Position numbers and translations under genes: made by a program. From a virus (Duplodnaviria; Caudoviricetes): a stretch of DNA of 64,000 nt. The notes beneath the pieces were generated by a model. The model had not been told where the DNA came from. It made no database searches and saw only the letters and a program-made list of their open reading frames with translations. How positions within the stretch are numbered: the first letter of the stretch is position 1; every line of letters begins with the position of its first letter. The stretch lies in IMG/VR virus record IMGVR_UViG_3300002220_000029, positions 1 through 64,000 of that record; one strand, given 5' to 3'. Below are positions 56,201-64,000 of the stretch, in pieces.

Positions 56201-57464
56201 TCCTATCAAATCTATCAAATACGTTGGAAAAGAACAGACATATGATGTTGAAATGGAAGATCCACATAATTTTATTGCCAATGGTTTTGTAAGCCATAAT
56301 TCTCACAGCGTCGAGTATTCTATGATAGCATATTGGTGTGCATTTTGTAAGTTGTATTTTCCAGCTGAGTTTTTGTGCGCTAATTTATCATATGGATCAG
56401 ATGGCAAAAAAGAAGAATTGGTCAAAGAGGCAAGGCGGTTAGGCTTGAATATTGTTCTGCCAAAGATTGGTGTTTCTGATGCTCATAAATGGGTTGTTAA
56501 AGATGGCAAGTTATATGTTCCTTTCATTGAGATAAAAGGTGTAGGCGAAAAAGTGGCTTTAGAACTTTTGAAGTATCGTCCTCCGGAGCCACAAGAAGTA
56601 GTATTACATCAACAAAGTAAGCCAAGGCAACGAGGTTTTTTTGATTTAAAGCAGGAAGAACCTAAAACAGTGTTAAAAGAGGTAAAAGAAAAAAAGATAG
56701 ATAAATTATTAAAGGCCATTGGAGCGATTGGCAATAATCCAGAAGAAGATTTGTCAAAGTATTTTTCTTTTGATATGAGTGTTGATAAACGGGACGAATT
56801 TCCTAATCTACGCCAATGTCTTGGCTTTAGTTTTCCTCCTAAGGATCTTGAAGCCATGTTGAGTTTAGAATTGCCTGTAGGCTATATTCGAGGAAAGATT
56901 CATACTTCTAAATTCCAAAATCCAGAGCTTTTGTATTGCCAGGATTGTGATCTTGTAAAACAGTGTAAAAGACCAGTATTACCTTCGTCGGGAAGGTACA
57001 ATCTTGCTATTGTTGGCGAGGCTCCTGGGCCGAATGAGGATAAACAAGGAGAAGGATTTGTTGGACGCGCTGGCGATTTGGTTTGGAAAGAGTTAGGCCA
57101 ATATGGTCTTATACGCAGGTTTTTTCATGTAACGAATTGTGTTAAATGTTATCCTGGCGAGATTAAGACTCCGGCTGTAAGACATTTAACAGCTTGTAAG
57201 AAATGGCTTGATGAAGAGATCAAACAAGCTGAGATAAAATTATCATTGGTATTTGGAAATACGGGGTTAAAATATTTTAAGGGAGAGGATGGCGGTATTA
57301 CCAAATACAGTGGCAAGGCAGAATGGCTTGAGAATTATGGCATGTGGGCTTGCTGGTGTGTTCATCCTGCTTCGGTATTGAGAGATCCTAAAAATAAGGA
57401 TGATTTTCAATCAGGGATTGCAAACTTTGTGGAAAAAATAAATGTTCTGGGAGGATTGAAATAA
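53235..57464 (+). CDS. dnaE: DNA polymerase III alpha (PHP + Pol) with an intein and a C-terminal uracil-DNA glycosylase domain
   Basis: Motifs HLHVHT, TDHG, GRGSVGGS, PDIDLD, KLDVLG, QEQVM and FNR|SHS. The UDG part has GEAPG, TNCVKC and HPASVLR. Confidence 0.95.
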   Translation: MEFCHLHVHTENSLLDGYGSAKQYLSKAKELGFQYLACTDHGNQDGLIKFQREAEKQGIKSILGCELYIVPDASIKVPKEFRFHVTVLVKDNDGWHNLCKILTEANLHGFYYKPRADFDMLKKYSKGLVFLSGCTATVLTSKIGQDFFWELNVLCPGDCYLEVMPHLFDDQMEVNKICCEYGLPLVATNDCHYVNEDDGMVHEVLLAIQTKAKWSDSSRFRFETRGLFLRSSQEMKEAFKLQDVLTKSQYLLAMRNTVEIAEKCSDFKIQKQDIFLPSILQKGESENLFLRTLCEKGYRKIFGELIENDSIYYDRFLEEFNMIKKKKFIRYFLVVWELTEWCKKNNIMIGPGRGSVGGSLIAYLIGITSVDPIKYNLLFSRFIAEDRIDYPDIDLDFEDVKRPLIRGHLEEMYGKNNIASVSTFMDMKGRAAIRDVARVFEIPYGEVDEFAKFIEDENGDGSSIETAASDHWFSQKYPEAVKIAIRLEGQTRGVGQHAAALIVSADDLTQGARCNLSVRSNQEVVNWDKDDAEYVGLMKLDVLGLNTLSILNETKRLVKENHNKEIVFEKITLDNPQVFDMLSKGQTVGVFQFNTWPTTKLCKEVGVDSFGLMSDVVALVRPGPADSGMTADFIKRKHGKKWLKKHRIYEQITRDTFGIIIYQEQVMQVISEVAGLPYSTADKIRKIIAKKRDVKEFEKYREMFVDGCEKKETLSEKEALEFWEALEKHASYSFNRCLAGDTVVNRASAGRFCGLDVTLKDLYESRYSKTSTGDKLRCRGLHLLQWKELDSRIHTGKMTNIYDSGVQEVWLICLESGNSIKATDQHRFLAKRREKNLYVKVCDLKIGDLLAIKGPRVKEIIKAALDSRPLKTTYRGRGFQKGEDNVGYIDGRGKFLKPARIKVSLRARGRCEECGKEIEKECESCHQKVKIGRPEFAHVKLLDELNYDHELYHSLENIMYLCNSCHKKKDYEKGERKVRHSVGRIIEYSPIKSIKYVGKEQTYDVEMEDPHNFIANGFVSHNSHSVEYSMIAYWCAFCKLYFPAEFLCANLSYGSDGKKEELVKEARRLGLNIVLPKIGVSDAHKWVVKDGKLYVPFIEIKGVGEKVALELLKYRPPEPQEVVLHQQSKPRQRGFFDLKQEEPKTVLKEVKEKKIDKLLKAIGAIGNNPEEDLSKYFSFDMSVDKRDEFPNLRQCLGFSFPPKDLEAMLSLELPVGYIRGKIHTSKFQNPELLYCQDCDLVKQCKRPVLPSSGRYNLAIVGEAPGPNEDKQGEGFVGRAGDLVWKELGQYGLIRRFFHVTNCVKCYPGEIKTPAVRHLTACKKWLDEEIKQAEIKLSLVFGNTGLKYFKGEDGGITKYSGKAEWLENYGMWACWCVHPASVLRDPKNKDDFQSGIANFVEKINVLGGLK
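55443..56300 (+). mobile_element. 286-aa intein with an HNH-like endonuclease domain
   Basis: Starts CLAGDT and ends TYD.E....HNFIANG..SHN before Ser+1. Internal CEEC...H...N...LCNSCH motif. Confidence 0.92.
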
Positions 57465-58423
57465 TGGTACAACCGTTACATCTCAAGTATAGGCCGGTCA
57501 GTTTAGAAGAGTTTGTAGGCAACAAAGGAGTGGTCAGTTCTCTTAAGAGTGTGTTAGAACGACCTGATGGTGTTCCTCATTCATTTCTGTTTTCAGGACC
57601 AAGTGGCTGCGGCAAGACGACTCTGGCGAGAATTGTTAAGAACCTTTTGGGTTGTTCTGATGTAGATTTTCAGGAAATGAATGTGGCAAATGATCGTGGT
57701 ATTGATACCATTCGAGAGATAGAAAAGAATTGTTCTTATGCTCCATTCAGCGGGAAGATAAAAATGTTACTATTAGACGAGAGTCATCGATTAACTACAG
57801 ATGCTCAAAATGCCTTGTTAAAATTGTTAGAAGATACACCAAATCATGTTTATTTTCTTCTTTGTACCACTGATCCTGAAAAGTTGATTAAGACCATTAG
57901 GACTCGGTGTCATACATATCAAGTACAATCATTAATGAGTCACGACATAAGAAGTTTATTGAATCATGTTTTGAAGCAAGAAAAGATTAAGGATTTTCCA
58001 GAGAAGGCTGTTGAAGAAATTGTTAAAACGGCTAATGGATCTCCCAGACAGGCTTTGGTTATTTTGGATTCCGTTATTGATATTCAGGATGATGATGAGA
58101 TGATCGCTTCTATTATGGATTATAATTTTAGTGAAAAGACTGTTTTGGATTTGTGTAAAGCACTGTTAGAGAAACAAGGTTGGCCTATCATTGCCGCAGT
58201 TTTGAAAACTCTTCTGAGCAAAGATGATGGAGATAAGGATGCAGATAAGGCTGAGAAGGTCAGATATGCCGTGTTGGGTTATATGACATCTGTTCTTTTA
58301 AACAAAGAGAATGAGGTTGCTATGACAACAATTGAAGAATTTTCTGATCATTTTCGGGATAATGCTAAGGCAGGCCTGGTGGGTGCTTGTTACAAAATTT
58401 ATATACGAGTAAATTCAAAATAG
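57464..58423 (+). CDS. dnaX: Clamp loader, DnaX (gamma/tau)-like
   Basis: Motifs LHLKYRP, GPSGCGKTT, LDESH, QNALLKLLE and TRC. Confidence 0.88.
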   Translation: MVQPLHLKYRPVSLEEFVGNKGVVSSLKSVLERPDGVPHSFLFSGPSGCGKTTLARIVKNLLGCSDVDFQEMNVANDRGIDTIREIEKNCSYAPFSGKIKMLLLDESHRLTTDAQNALLKLLEDTPNHVYFLLCTTDPEKLIKTIRTRCHTYQVQSLMSHDIRSLLNHVLKQEKIKDFPEKAVEEIVKTANGSPRQALVILDSVIDIQDDDEMIASIMDYNFSEKTVLDLCKALLEKQGWPIIAAVLKTLLSKDDGDKDADKAEKVRYAVLGYMTSVLLNKENEVAMTTIEEFSDHFRDNAKAGLVGACYKIYIRVNSK

Positions 58424-58451
58424 GATATAATAGTATTGAAAGGAGATCAAA

Positions 58452-58961
58452 ATGGATAATGATTTTGAAGTCAATGAACATGATTTGGATGGTGAGTGGT
58501 TAAGGCAGGCAATGCTTTACAATAAATGGGCTGATCGGGCAGCAGTAGCTGCAAAGAATCAAGCCAAATTACATTTGAAAAGAAAGATACTCAAGGCAAG
58601 TTTGTATAAGGAAGCAAAAATTAAGCTTGCGGCTCTTCCTGGAAGCAAAGAAGGGAAGGAACCAACAGGAGCAGCTATAGAAGCCGAGATTAGAACCAGC
58701 AAGGAATATGAGAGTTTATCTTTGGAATTAATCGATGCAGAGGAATACACGAGTCTCATGGATTCGGGTAAATGGTCGATGGTCGAAAAGAGTAAGGCTC
58801 TTGATAGACTGTGTGTCGATAGAGATAAAGGATTTTACATGCCATCAAGTTGTGGTGGTCAGGATGATTCAAAAAGGTCTGATATTCGTCAAGAGCAATT
58901 AAAAAAAGTCGACAAAGGCTTAAGGGAAGGAATGGCTCAGAAAAAGATAAGCCGAGGTTGA
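58452..58961 (+). CDS. UvsY-like recombination mediator
   Basis: Coiled-coil protein (E..RQA.LY..W...A) next to SSB and RecA genes. Confidence 0.5.
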   Translation: MDNDFEVNEHDLDGEWLRQAMLYNKWADRAAVAAKNQAKLHLKRKILKASLYKEAKIKLAALPGSKEGKEPTGAAIEAEIRTSKEYESLSLELIDAEEYTSLMDSGKWSMVEKSKALDRLCVDRDKGFYMPSSCGGQDDSKRSDIRQEQLKKVDKGLREGMAQKKISRG

Positions 58962-58965
58962 TGAT

Positions 58966-59103
58966 ATGGAAGAAATTAAAATCATTATTATTGTTTTAGG
59001 TGTGTTGTGTGTAGGGTATGTGGCCGTGCGATTGTGGTCATCTGCGTATTTTCGCAGTAAGTTTGAGGCCAGTAAATTTAATCATAAAAAAGAAGAGGAG
59101 TAG
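58966..59103 (+). CDS. 45-aa membrane peptide
   Basis: Sequence MEEIKIIIIVLGVLCVGYVAVRLW..., below the track cut-off. Confidence 0.5.
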   Translation: MEEIKIIIIVLGVLCVGYVAVRLWSSAYFRSKFEASKFNHKKEEE

Positions 59104-59107
59104 TATT

Positions 59108-60160
59108 ATGCCAAAACCATCGCGTCGTAGTGCAAAAGAAGAGTTGTTGAAGAGATTAGAAGGAGATTACAACAGAAAGAAAGGAGGGGGTTCGCTTTTC
59201 AGATCGGATGTAAAAGGTGTTTCTTTTTGGCAGTGTAAAGAGGCAGATCATATTATTGATATCATTCCTTATACTGCTGGAGACATGGATCCAATTGAAC
59301 CAGGGAGCGAGAGTTATGTGTTGGAGTTTTTTGTTCACAGCAATGTGGGCCAGCAAGAAGGCATGATAATTTGTATGGCCGAGACGTTTAAGAAGCCTTG
59401 TCCTATTTGTGAAGAGCGTCGGCGTCTGATCAAGAAAGGAGATGATGAACAGCGGATCAAGGAGTTGACGCCAAGTAGATTTCCAAGGTCAATTTACAAT
59501 ATCGTTTGTTATGATTCGAAGGAAGAAGAAAACAAAGGTGTCCAGGTTTGGCATACAAGTAATTATTTGCTTCAGCAATTTTTACTTGCTCTTGCTAAAA
59601 GGCCGGTCCGTCCTGGACAGAAATCTGTCGAGCCATTCATTGCTTTTATGGATGTTGATGAAGGAAAGTCTATTGCCTTTAAGAGAGAAGGCAAGAAGGA
59701 AAGTACCAAATATATCGGCATTCGTTTTGAAGATCGTAATTATAAAATCAGCGATGAAATTGCCAAAGGAGTTCATGTTCTGGATGAATTAATTGCCTGG
59801 CCAACTTACGAAGAGTCTTATTTGGAGTTTTGGGGTCAGCCACTTGCTTCTGAGAAGGTTGTTGATGATCCTCCGGCACGTGAACGAAAGTATGAAGAAA
59901 AGAAAGAACCTGAACCTTCCAGAGGAAGGCGTCCAGAAGTAGAAGAGAAGAAATCGGTTGAAGAGGATCCGCCTGTTCGGGGTCGCAGACGGGTGGCTGA
60001 GGAAGACGTTCCTGATCCTGATGTTGGTAAAAGCAACAAATGCCCTGCTGGTAAAGGTTTTGGCATTGATATTGATGATCTAAAGGAATGTGACAAATGT
60101 GCCGTCTGGAAAGAGTGTGCCAAAGAAGCGGATGCCATCGAGAAAGCAAAAAAGAAATAA
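59108..60160 (+). CDS. gp32-like single-stranded DNA-binding protein
   Basis: H...C...CPICEE Zn site, YNIV and GVQVW motifs, acidic linker, and a C-terminal Cys cluster (C..G.FG......C..C..W..C). Confidence 0.7.
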   Translation: MPKPSRRSAKEELLKRLEGDYNRKKGGGSLFRSDVKGVSFWQCKEADHIIDIIPYTAGDMDPIEPGSESYVLEFFVHSNVGQQEGMIICMAETFKKPCPICEERRRLIKKGDDEQRIKELTPSRFPRSIYNIVCYDSKEEENKGVQVWHTSNYLLQQFLLALAKRPVRPGQKSVEPFIAFMDVDEGKSIAFKREGKKESTKYIGIRFEDRNYKISDEIAKGVHVLDELIAWPTYEESYLEFWGQPLASEKVVDDPPARERKYEEKKEPEPSRGRRPEVEEKKSVEEDPPVRGRRRVAEEDVPDPDVGKSNKCPAGKGFGIDIDDLKECDKCAVWKECAKEADAIEKAKKK

Positions 60161-60203
60161 CGTTTCTAAAATAAAAAAAATAAAATAGGAAGGAGGTCAT
60201 AAA

Positions 60204-60383
60204 ATGATAACAGAATTATTGGAGGAAATGGTTGTCGTGCTTGTAGCGGCGAAAGAAGATGCAAAGAAGTTTGATGAAAAAGGTAATGCTGCATCCGGTC
60301 GCCGGGTGAGAGTGGCCATGCAGGATTTGAAAAAGAAGGCCCAGGACGTGCGCGTTGCCATTACTGAATTAAAGAAAAAATAG
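60204..60383 (+). CDS. Histone H1-like Hc1-family nucleoid protein (59 aa)
   Basis: KEDAKKFDEKGNAASGRRVRVAMQDLKK matches the Hc1 KGNxAAGxRxR signature. GGAGG RBS. Missed by the track. Confidence 0.75.
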   Translation: MITELLEEMVVVLVAAKEDAKKFDEKGNAASGRRVRVAMQDLKKKAQDVRVAITELKKK

Positions 60384-60481
60384 TGAATGATGCCGGATAG
60401 CGACCGGATGAACTGAGGGGATGCGGGGTAGCCTCAGCGAGATTGATAAAAAGCCCGCACAAAATAAAGGAGGTTTTAATC

Positions 60482-61012
60482 ATGATAAATACTTTAATCG
60501 ACGGTTGGAGACTTACTAAGGTGGATGCAAAGTGGATGGCACAACATGTTGGTGTCGATGTTGCTAACAAGGAAATCAGGCCAAGAGTTATTGAACTAAT
60601 CAAAGATAGTTTAGGGTTTCTTGTTCAAGCGATCCAAAACGATTGGCGGTCTGTTTACTTTAGCGTGGGAGTGAATTTAGCTGAACGTGTAGGATGGCAA
60701 GAGGGCGATTTGATTGCTTGTTTGCGACATGAAAACCATCCAGCATATGGTCGACTTATCAAAGTCACCGGAGAACAAAAACAAGCAATGGTCAAAAACG
60801 ACCCGACAGGTTGTCGTTCGCGTATCAGAGTGTTAAGTATTCATGATAAAGAGGTTGGTAAGATTTCACAGTTTCGCATCACTTATGATTATGGAGATGA
60901 TTTGCCAACGAAGGAGCAGTGGCCATGTATTAACAATCTGACTATTGTGAGTATAGGCCTTTATTGTGAAACAAATATTGGTTGGATAGATTTTCTGTGG
61001 CCAGTTGCTTAA
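60482..61012 (+). CDS. Hypothetical protein
   Basis: ATG after AAGGAGG. Confidence 0.6.
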   Translation: MINTLIDGWRLTKVDAKWMAQHVGVDVANKEIRPRVIELIKDSLGFLVQAIQNDWRSVYFSVGVNLAERVGWQEGDLIACLRHENHPAYGRLIKVTGEQKQAMVKNDPTGCRSRIRVLSIHDKEVGKISQFRITYDYGDDLPTKEQWPCINNLTIVSIGLYCETNIGWIDFLWPVA

Positions 61013-61030
61013 TTATAGAAGGACAAAACA

Positions 61031-62131
61031 ATGAAAATCAATCGAAGCATTGAACCAGACGAAATTAGAGAGGCCGCAGCGAAAATGAAAGCCGCTGCTG
61101 AGCCAATAGAAGAGACTCCGGTTGAGTTTTTCCATTCCAGTTCTGTTTTACTAAACCTTGCAGGATCAGGTAAGGGCAGAAAAGGTGGTTGGGCCAGAGG
61201 CAGGATTATCAATCTTGTTGGGGACGGCTCCAGTGGCAAGACGTTATTGGCATTGGAGTTAGCTGCTTTTGTTTTCCATAAGATGATGGGGAATAAATCC
61301 CATAATTTTCCAGTGGTCAAAAAGATCAAAATCATTTTTGATAATGCTGAAGAGGTTATGGATTTCCCTCTGGAGAAGATGTATGGGAAGGCTTTTGTTG
61401 AGGGCATTGAGTGGGTAAGCTCGAAGACGGTTCAGGGCTGGGGCCGCAACGTCACCAGAGAAGTTATGGCCAATAAGCCGGGAGAGCTGTTGTTGTATAT
61501 CACCGATTCCCTTGATGCGCTGACTTCTCAGGAGGGTTTGGAACGGTTTGAAAAGGCCGCCAAGACAGACAAGGAAGAGGAAGGCACGTATGGGACGGAG
61601 AAGCCAGCTTATTTGAGCAAGAGCTTTTTCAACAATATGTGTTCAATGATGTCAGGCAAGGACGTCACTCTGGTCATTATATCCCAGATTAGGATGAAGA
61701 TAGGCGTGACGTTTGGGGAGAAATACAATAGGGCTGGAGGCAAGTCGTTGGATTTTTATACGCATCAAGTATGTTGGTTAAGTGAGGTCGAAAAATTAAA
61801 AAAGACCTTCCGCGGCGAAGAAAGAGTTTATGGGATACGGGTGTTGGCCAAGTTTAAGCGTAATAAGGTTGCTAAGCCATTCCGGGAAGCAGAATTGATA
61901 ATCTTGTTTGATTACGGAGTTGATGATATTGGATCAAGTATTGCTTATCTGTGGGGACCAAAAGTAAAAGCGATTGATTGGAATGGAACTGAATACAGTC
62001 GTGAAGGCATGATAAAGTATATTGAGGAAAACAACTGTCAAGATGAACTGGCCGAGAAAGTAGAAATTTGGTGGAATGAAATAGAAGATCATCTAAAGCC
62101 TGATCGTGTTAAAAAATATGGTGATGAATAA
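61031..62131 (+). CDS. recA: RecA/UvsX-like recombinase
   Basis: Motifs GRIINLVGDGSSGKT, DSLDAL, ISQIR.KIGV.FG and GGKSLDFY. Confidence 0.9.
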   Translation: MKINRSIEPDEIREAAAKMKAAAEPIEETPVEFFHSSSVLLNLAGSGKGRKGGWARGRIINLVGDGSSGKTLLALELAAFVFHKMMGNKSHNFPVVKKIKIIFDNAEEVMDFPLEKMYGKAFVEGIEWVSSKTVQGWGRNVTREVMANKPGELLLYITDSLDALTSQEGLERFEKAAKTDKEEEGTYGTEKPAYLSKSFFNNMCSMMSGKDVTLVIISQIRMKIGVTFGEKYNRAGGKSLDFYTHQVCWLSEVEKLKKTFRGEERVYGIRVLAKFKRNKVAKPFREAELIILFDYGVDDIGSSIAYLWGPKVKAIDWNGTEYSREGMIKYIEENNCQDELAEKVEIWWNEIEDHLKPDRVKKYGDE

Positions 62132-63015
62132 TGGTTCGTCTTTTAATTGATTGTAGTTGTTTGGCCTACAAATCTTTGTTTACCATGGGTGATCTAAGTA
62201 ATGATGAAAAACGTGTTGGTGTTATCTTTGGTTTTGTTAAACAGATATTGACACTATCTAAGAAATTTGAAACCAATAAATTTGTATTCTGTTGGGATCA
62301 TCGTAATTCTTATCGGAAGATTGAATATCCTGAATACAAAGTGAAACGACATAGTAAGGCACAAACCGAAGAACAACAAGCAGATATGCAAGATGCTTTT
62401 CGACAGTTTGATGAAATAAGAGAATTGATTTTGCCTTTAATGGGGTTTACAAATATTTATCAACAGAGTGGATATGAGGCAGATGATTTAATTGCCTACG
62501 TGGCTACGAGAAGACCAGATGATACTGTGATAGTATCGACTGACAATGATTTACTTCAACTGATATATCATGACAGATTCTGTCCAATTAAGATTTACAA
62601 TTTCAAAGGCATCACAGATGAGGCAGAATTTAGGAGAGCTTGGTTTAATATTTCTCCTATGAAATGGTCCTTTGTTAAGGCTATTGCAGGATGTAACAGT
62701 GATGAGGTTGTAGGGATTGCTGGCGTAGGAGAGCTGACGGCTGCCAAGTATGTGGCCGGTGTGTTAAAAGGAAAGAATCTTGAAAAAATCAATTCGTCAG
62801 AAGGTCAATACATTTTCAAGAGAAATTTGTCGCTTGTGGCGTTACCATATAATGGAATCAAGTCTATTAATCTTCCTGAACATAAGGATGATGATATCGC
62901 GATTGAAAAATTTAAAGCAATATTTGGTCAATACGGCTTTAAATCCTTATTGAAAGAGGAAGAGATTTCTAAATGGTCTAAATCATTTTTTGGAGGGGAA
63001 GATGGCAAGCGGTAA
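62131..63015 (+). CDS. 5'-3' exonuclease/flap endonuclease (RNase H-like, Pol I N-terminal type)
   Basis: Motifs LLID, YRK.EYPEYK..R, YEADDLIA, STDNDLLQ and GVGE.TA.K. Confidence 0.9.
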   Translation: MVRLLIDCSCLAYKSLFTMGDLSNDEKRVGVIFGFVKQILTLSKKFETNKFVFCWDHRNSYRKIEYPEYKVKRHSKAQTEEQQADMQDAFRQFDEIRELILPLMGFTNIYQQSGYEADDLIAYVATRRPDDTVIVSTDNDLLQLIYHDRFCPIKIYNFKGITDEAEFRRAWFNISPMKWSFVKAIAGCNSDEVVGIAGVGELTAAKYVAGVLKGKNLEKINSSEGQYIFKRNLSLVALPYNGIKSINLPEHKDDDIAIEKFKAIFGQYGFKSLLKEEEISKWSKSFFGGEDGKR

Positions 63016-63715
63016 AGCAAAAGGTGGTTCATATGAGAATGAAATTGCACGACAACTTTCCTTGTGGTTTACTAATGGAGAGAGGGACGATGTATTTGGT
63101 CGTTCTGATGGTTCTGGCAGTCGATTTACTGCTCGAAGAAAGAAAGGAAAAGATACGGCTAATCAAGGGGGAGACATCACTATCATTGATAGTATTGGAG
63201 AGCCGTTGATCAAGATTTGGAATATTGAAGTGAAGACCGGGTATTCTGGTAAAAAGAAAGTTAAAGATGCTGATGGCGATATTGTAAAGATTCCAATTTA
63301 CGCCAAAAATAAGACTGGGCAGAAAAAGAAGGATGAAGAAAGAGTAATCATTGGCTGGAAAGACAAAACTTCATTGGCTCCATGGGATGTTCTTGATTTT
63401 GTTGATTCGCAGAAAAAGAGTCCTGTTCTCCAGATTTTGTGGGATCAGTGTGTTAGGGATGCTGATTTAACTGGCCGTCATCCTATTTTGATTTTTAGGC
63501 GTAACGCCCGTCAATCTTGTATCTGTTTTAGAAGGTCATACTATCTGCATGTAGGCAGGTATTATGGAAAAGGCCATTGGGTTTGTAAGGATGGTCAATA
63601 TGAAAGTTTTCCTAATTTGATTAATCTGCGTATGGGCGAAGAAAGTTTGGTCATCATGTCTTTGAAACAATTTTTTGCATGGGCTGATCCAGTAGCGGGA
63701 TTTTTATCTGATTAA
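63002..63715 (+). CDS. Holliday-junction resolvase (Hjc-like PD-(D/E)xK)
   Basis: Motifs KGGSYENEIA, GDI and IEVK, with a Lys-rich insertion. Confidence 0.75.
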   Translation: MASGKAKGGSYENEIARQLSLWFTNGERDDVFGRSDGSGSRFTARRKKGKDTANQGGDITIIDSIGEPLIKIWNIEVKTGYSGKKKVKDADGDIVKIPIYAKNKTGQKKKDEERVIIGWKDKTSLAPWDVLDFVDSQKKSPVLQILWDQCVRDADLTGRHPILIFRRNARQSCICFRRSYYLHVGRYYGKGHWVCKDGQYESFPNLINLRMGEESLVIMSLKQFFAWADPVAGFLSD

Positions 63716-63756
63716 ATTCAAAAGGCAGATTATAATAAGTATGAGGTTAACGTCGA

Positions 63757-64000
63757 ATGTTTAAATTTCTTAGACTTAAAAATTACAAGAGTCATGAAGA
63801 TTCTTTGATTCACTTTCACAAAGGGGTTAATGTTATATTTGGCCTGAGCCAAGCTGGCAAAACTAATTTTTTAAAAGGATTGAGGCTATTGGCTGATAAT
63901 CGACCTCTCGGCGGTAAGTTTTTTTCGGATTTTGCTGGCGAAAAAGGGGAAACTCAGATCACTCTTGGTCTGGATGGTCAAGATATTTCTATTACTAAAT
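63757..64000 (+). CDS. 3'-truncated SMC/SbcC (Rad50-like) ATPase
   Basis: My translation MFKFLRLKNYKSHED...GVNVIFGLSQAGKTN contains a Walker A. The frame runs off the window end. Confidence 0.8.
   Translation, partial: MFKFLRLKNYKSHEDSLIHFHKGVNVIFGLSQAGKTNFLKGLRLLADNRPLGGKFFSDFAGEKGETQITLGLDGQDISITK

Noticed and set aside
183-63209. Numerous minus-strand and nested ORFs in the six-frame track (for example 14219..15043, 16076..16960, 30172..30837, 33483..33956)
   Set aside because: They shadow well-supported plus-strand genes or structured non-coding DNA and show no recognisable motifs. The plus strand is already densely tiled with coupled genes.
1-64000. tRNA genes, integrase/att site, or stop-codon reassignment
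   Set aside because: No cloverleaf or T-loop motif and no recombinase motif were noticed. Long conserved genes (DnaE, TMP) read through intact in the standard code.

Overview
This window is a 64 kb segment of a tailed dsDNA phage genome. Every credible gene lies on the + strand. Positions 1-33.1 kb are the late operon. It begins with the 5'-truncated end of a large pre-scaffold protein carrying kinase-like and ADP-ribosyltransferase-like motifs, followed by scaffold, HK97-type major capsid and a GT2-TPR glycosyltransferase. Next come head-tail joining genes with two free-standing NUMOD3 homing endonucleases, tail tube, a tail chaperone with a -1 frameshift, an 1849-aa tape measure and tail tip/fibre genes. 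The operon ends with a lysis cassette (M15 endolysin, spanin pair, holin candidates) that unusually also contains a PilZ-domain gene and a secreted Cys-rich gene. After a terminator and an AT-rich promoter region (33.1-33.5 kb) comes a structured leader and the early genes, including an AAA+/DUF3150/DUF1257/DUF2997-like cassette. From 40 kb on is a self-sufficient replication and recombination region: helicases, primase, initiator with iteron-like repeats, beta clamp, DnaE with an HNH intein and fused UDG, clamp loader, SSB, RecA, 5'-3' exonuclease, resolvase and an SbcC-like ATPase. Embedded in it is a 7-deazaguanine DNA-modification cluster (queD, queE, folE, dpdL-like, dpdA-like) that lacks queC but adds a B12-type radical SAM enzyme and a GT-B glycosyltransferase. 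This cluster is the best candidate for an undescribed system. No sheath gene was seen, so siphovirus morphology is inferred, and the spanin pair implies a diderm host. No integrase, tRNA, CRISPR array or reverse transcriptase was seen. All family calls come from motif recognition by eye, not database searches.
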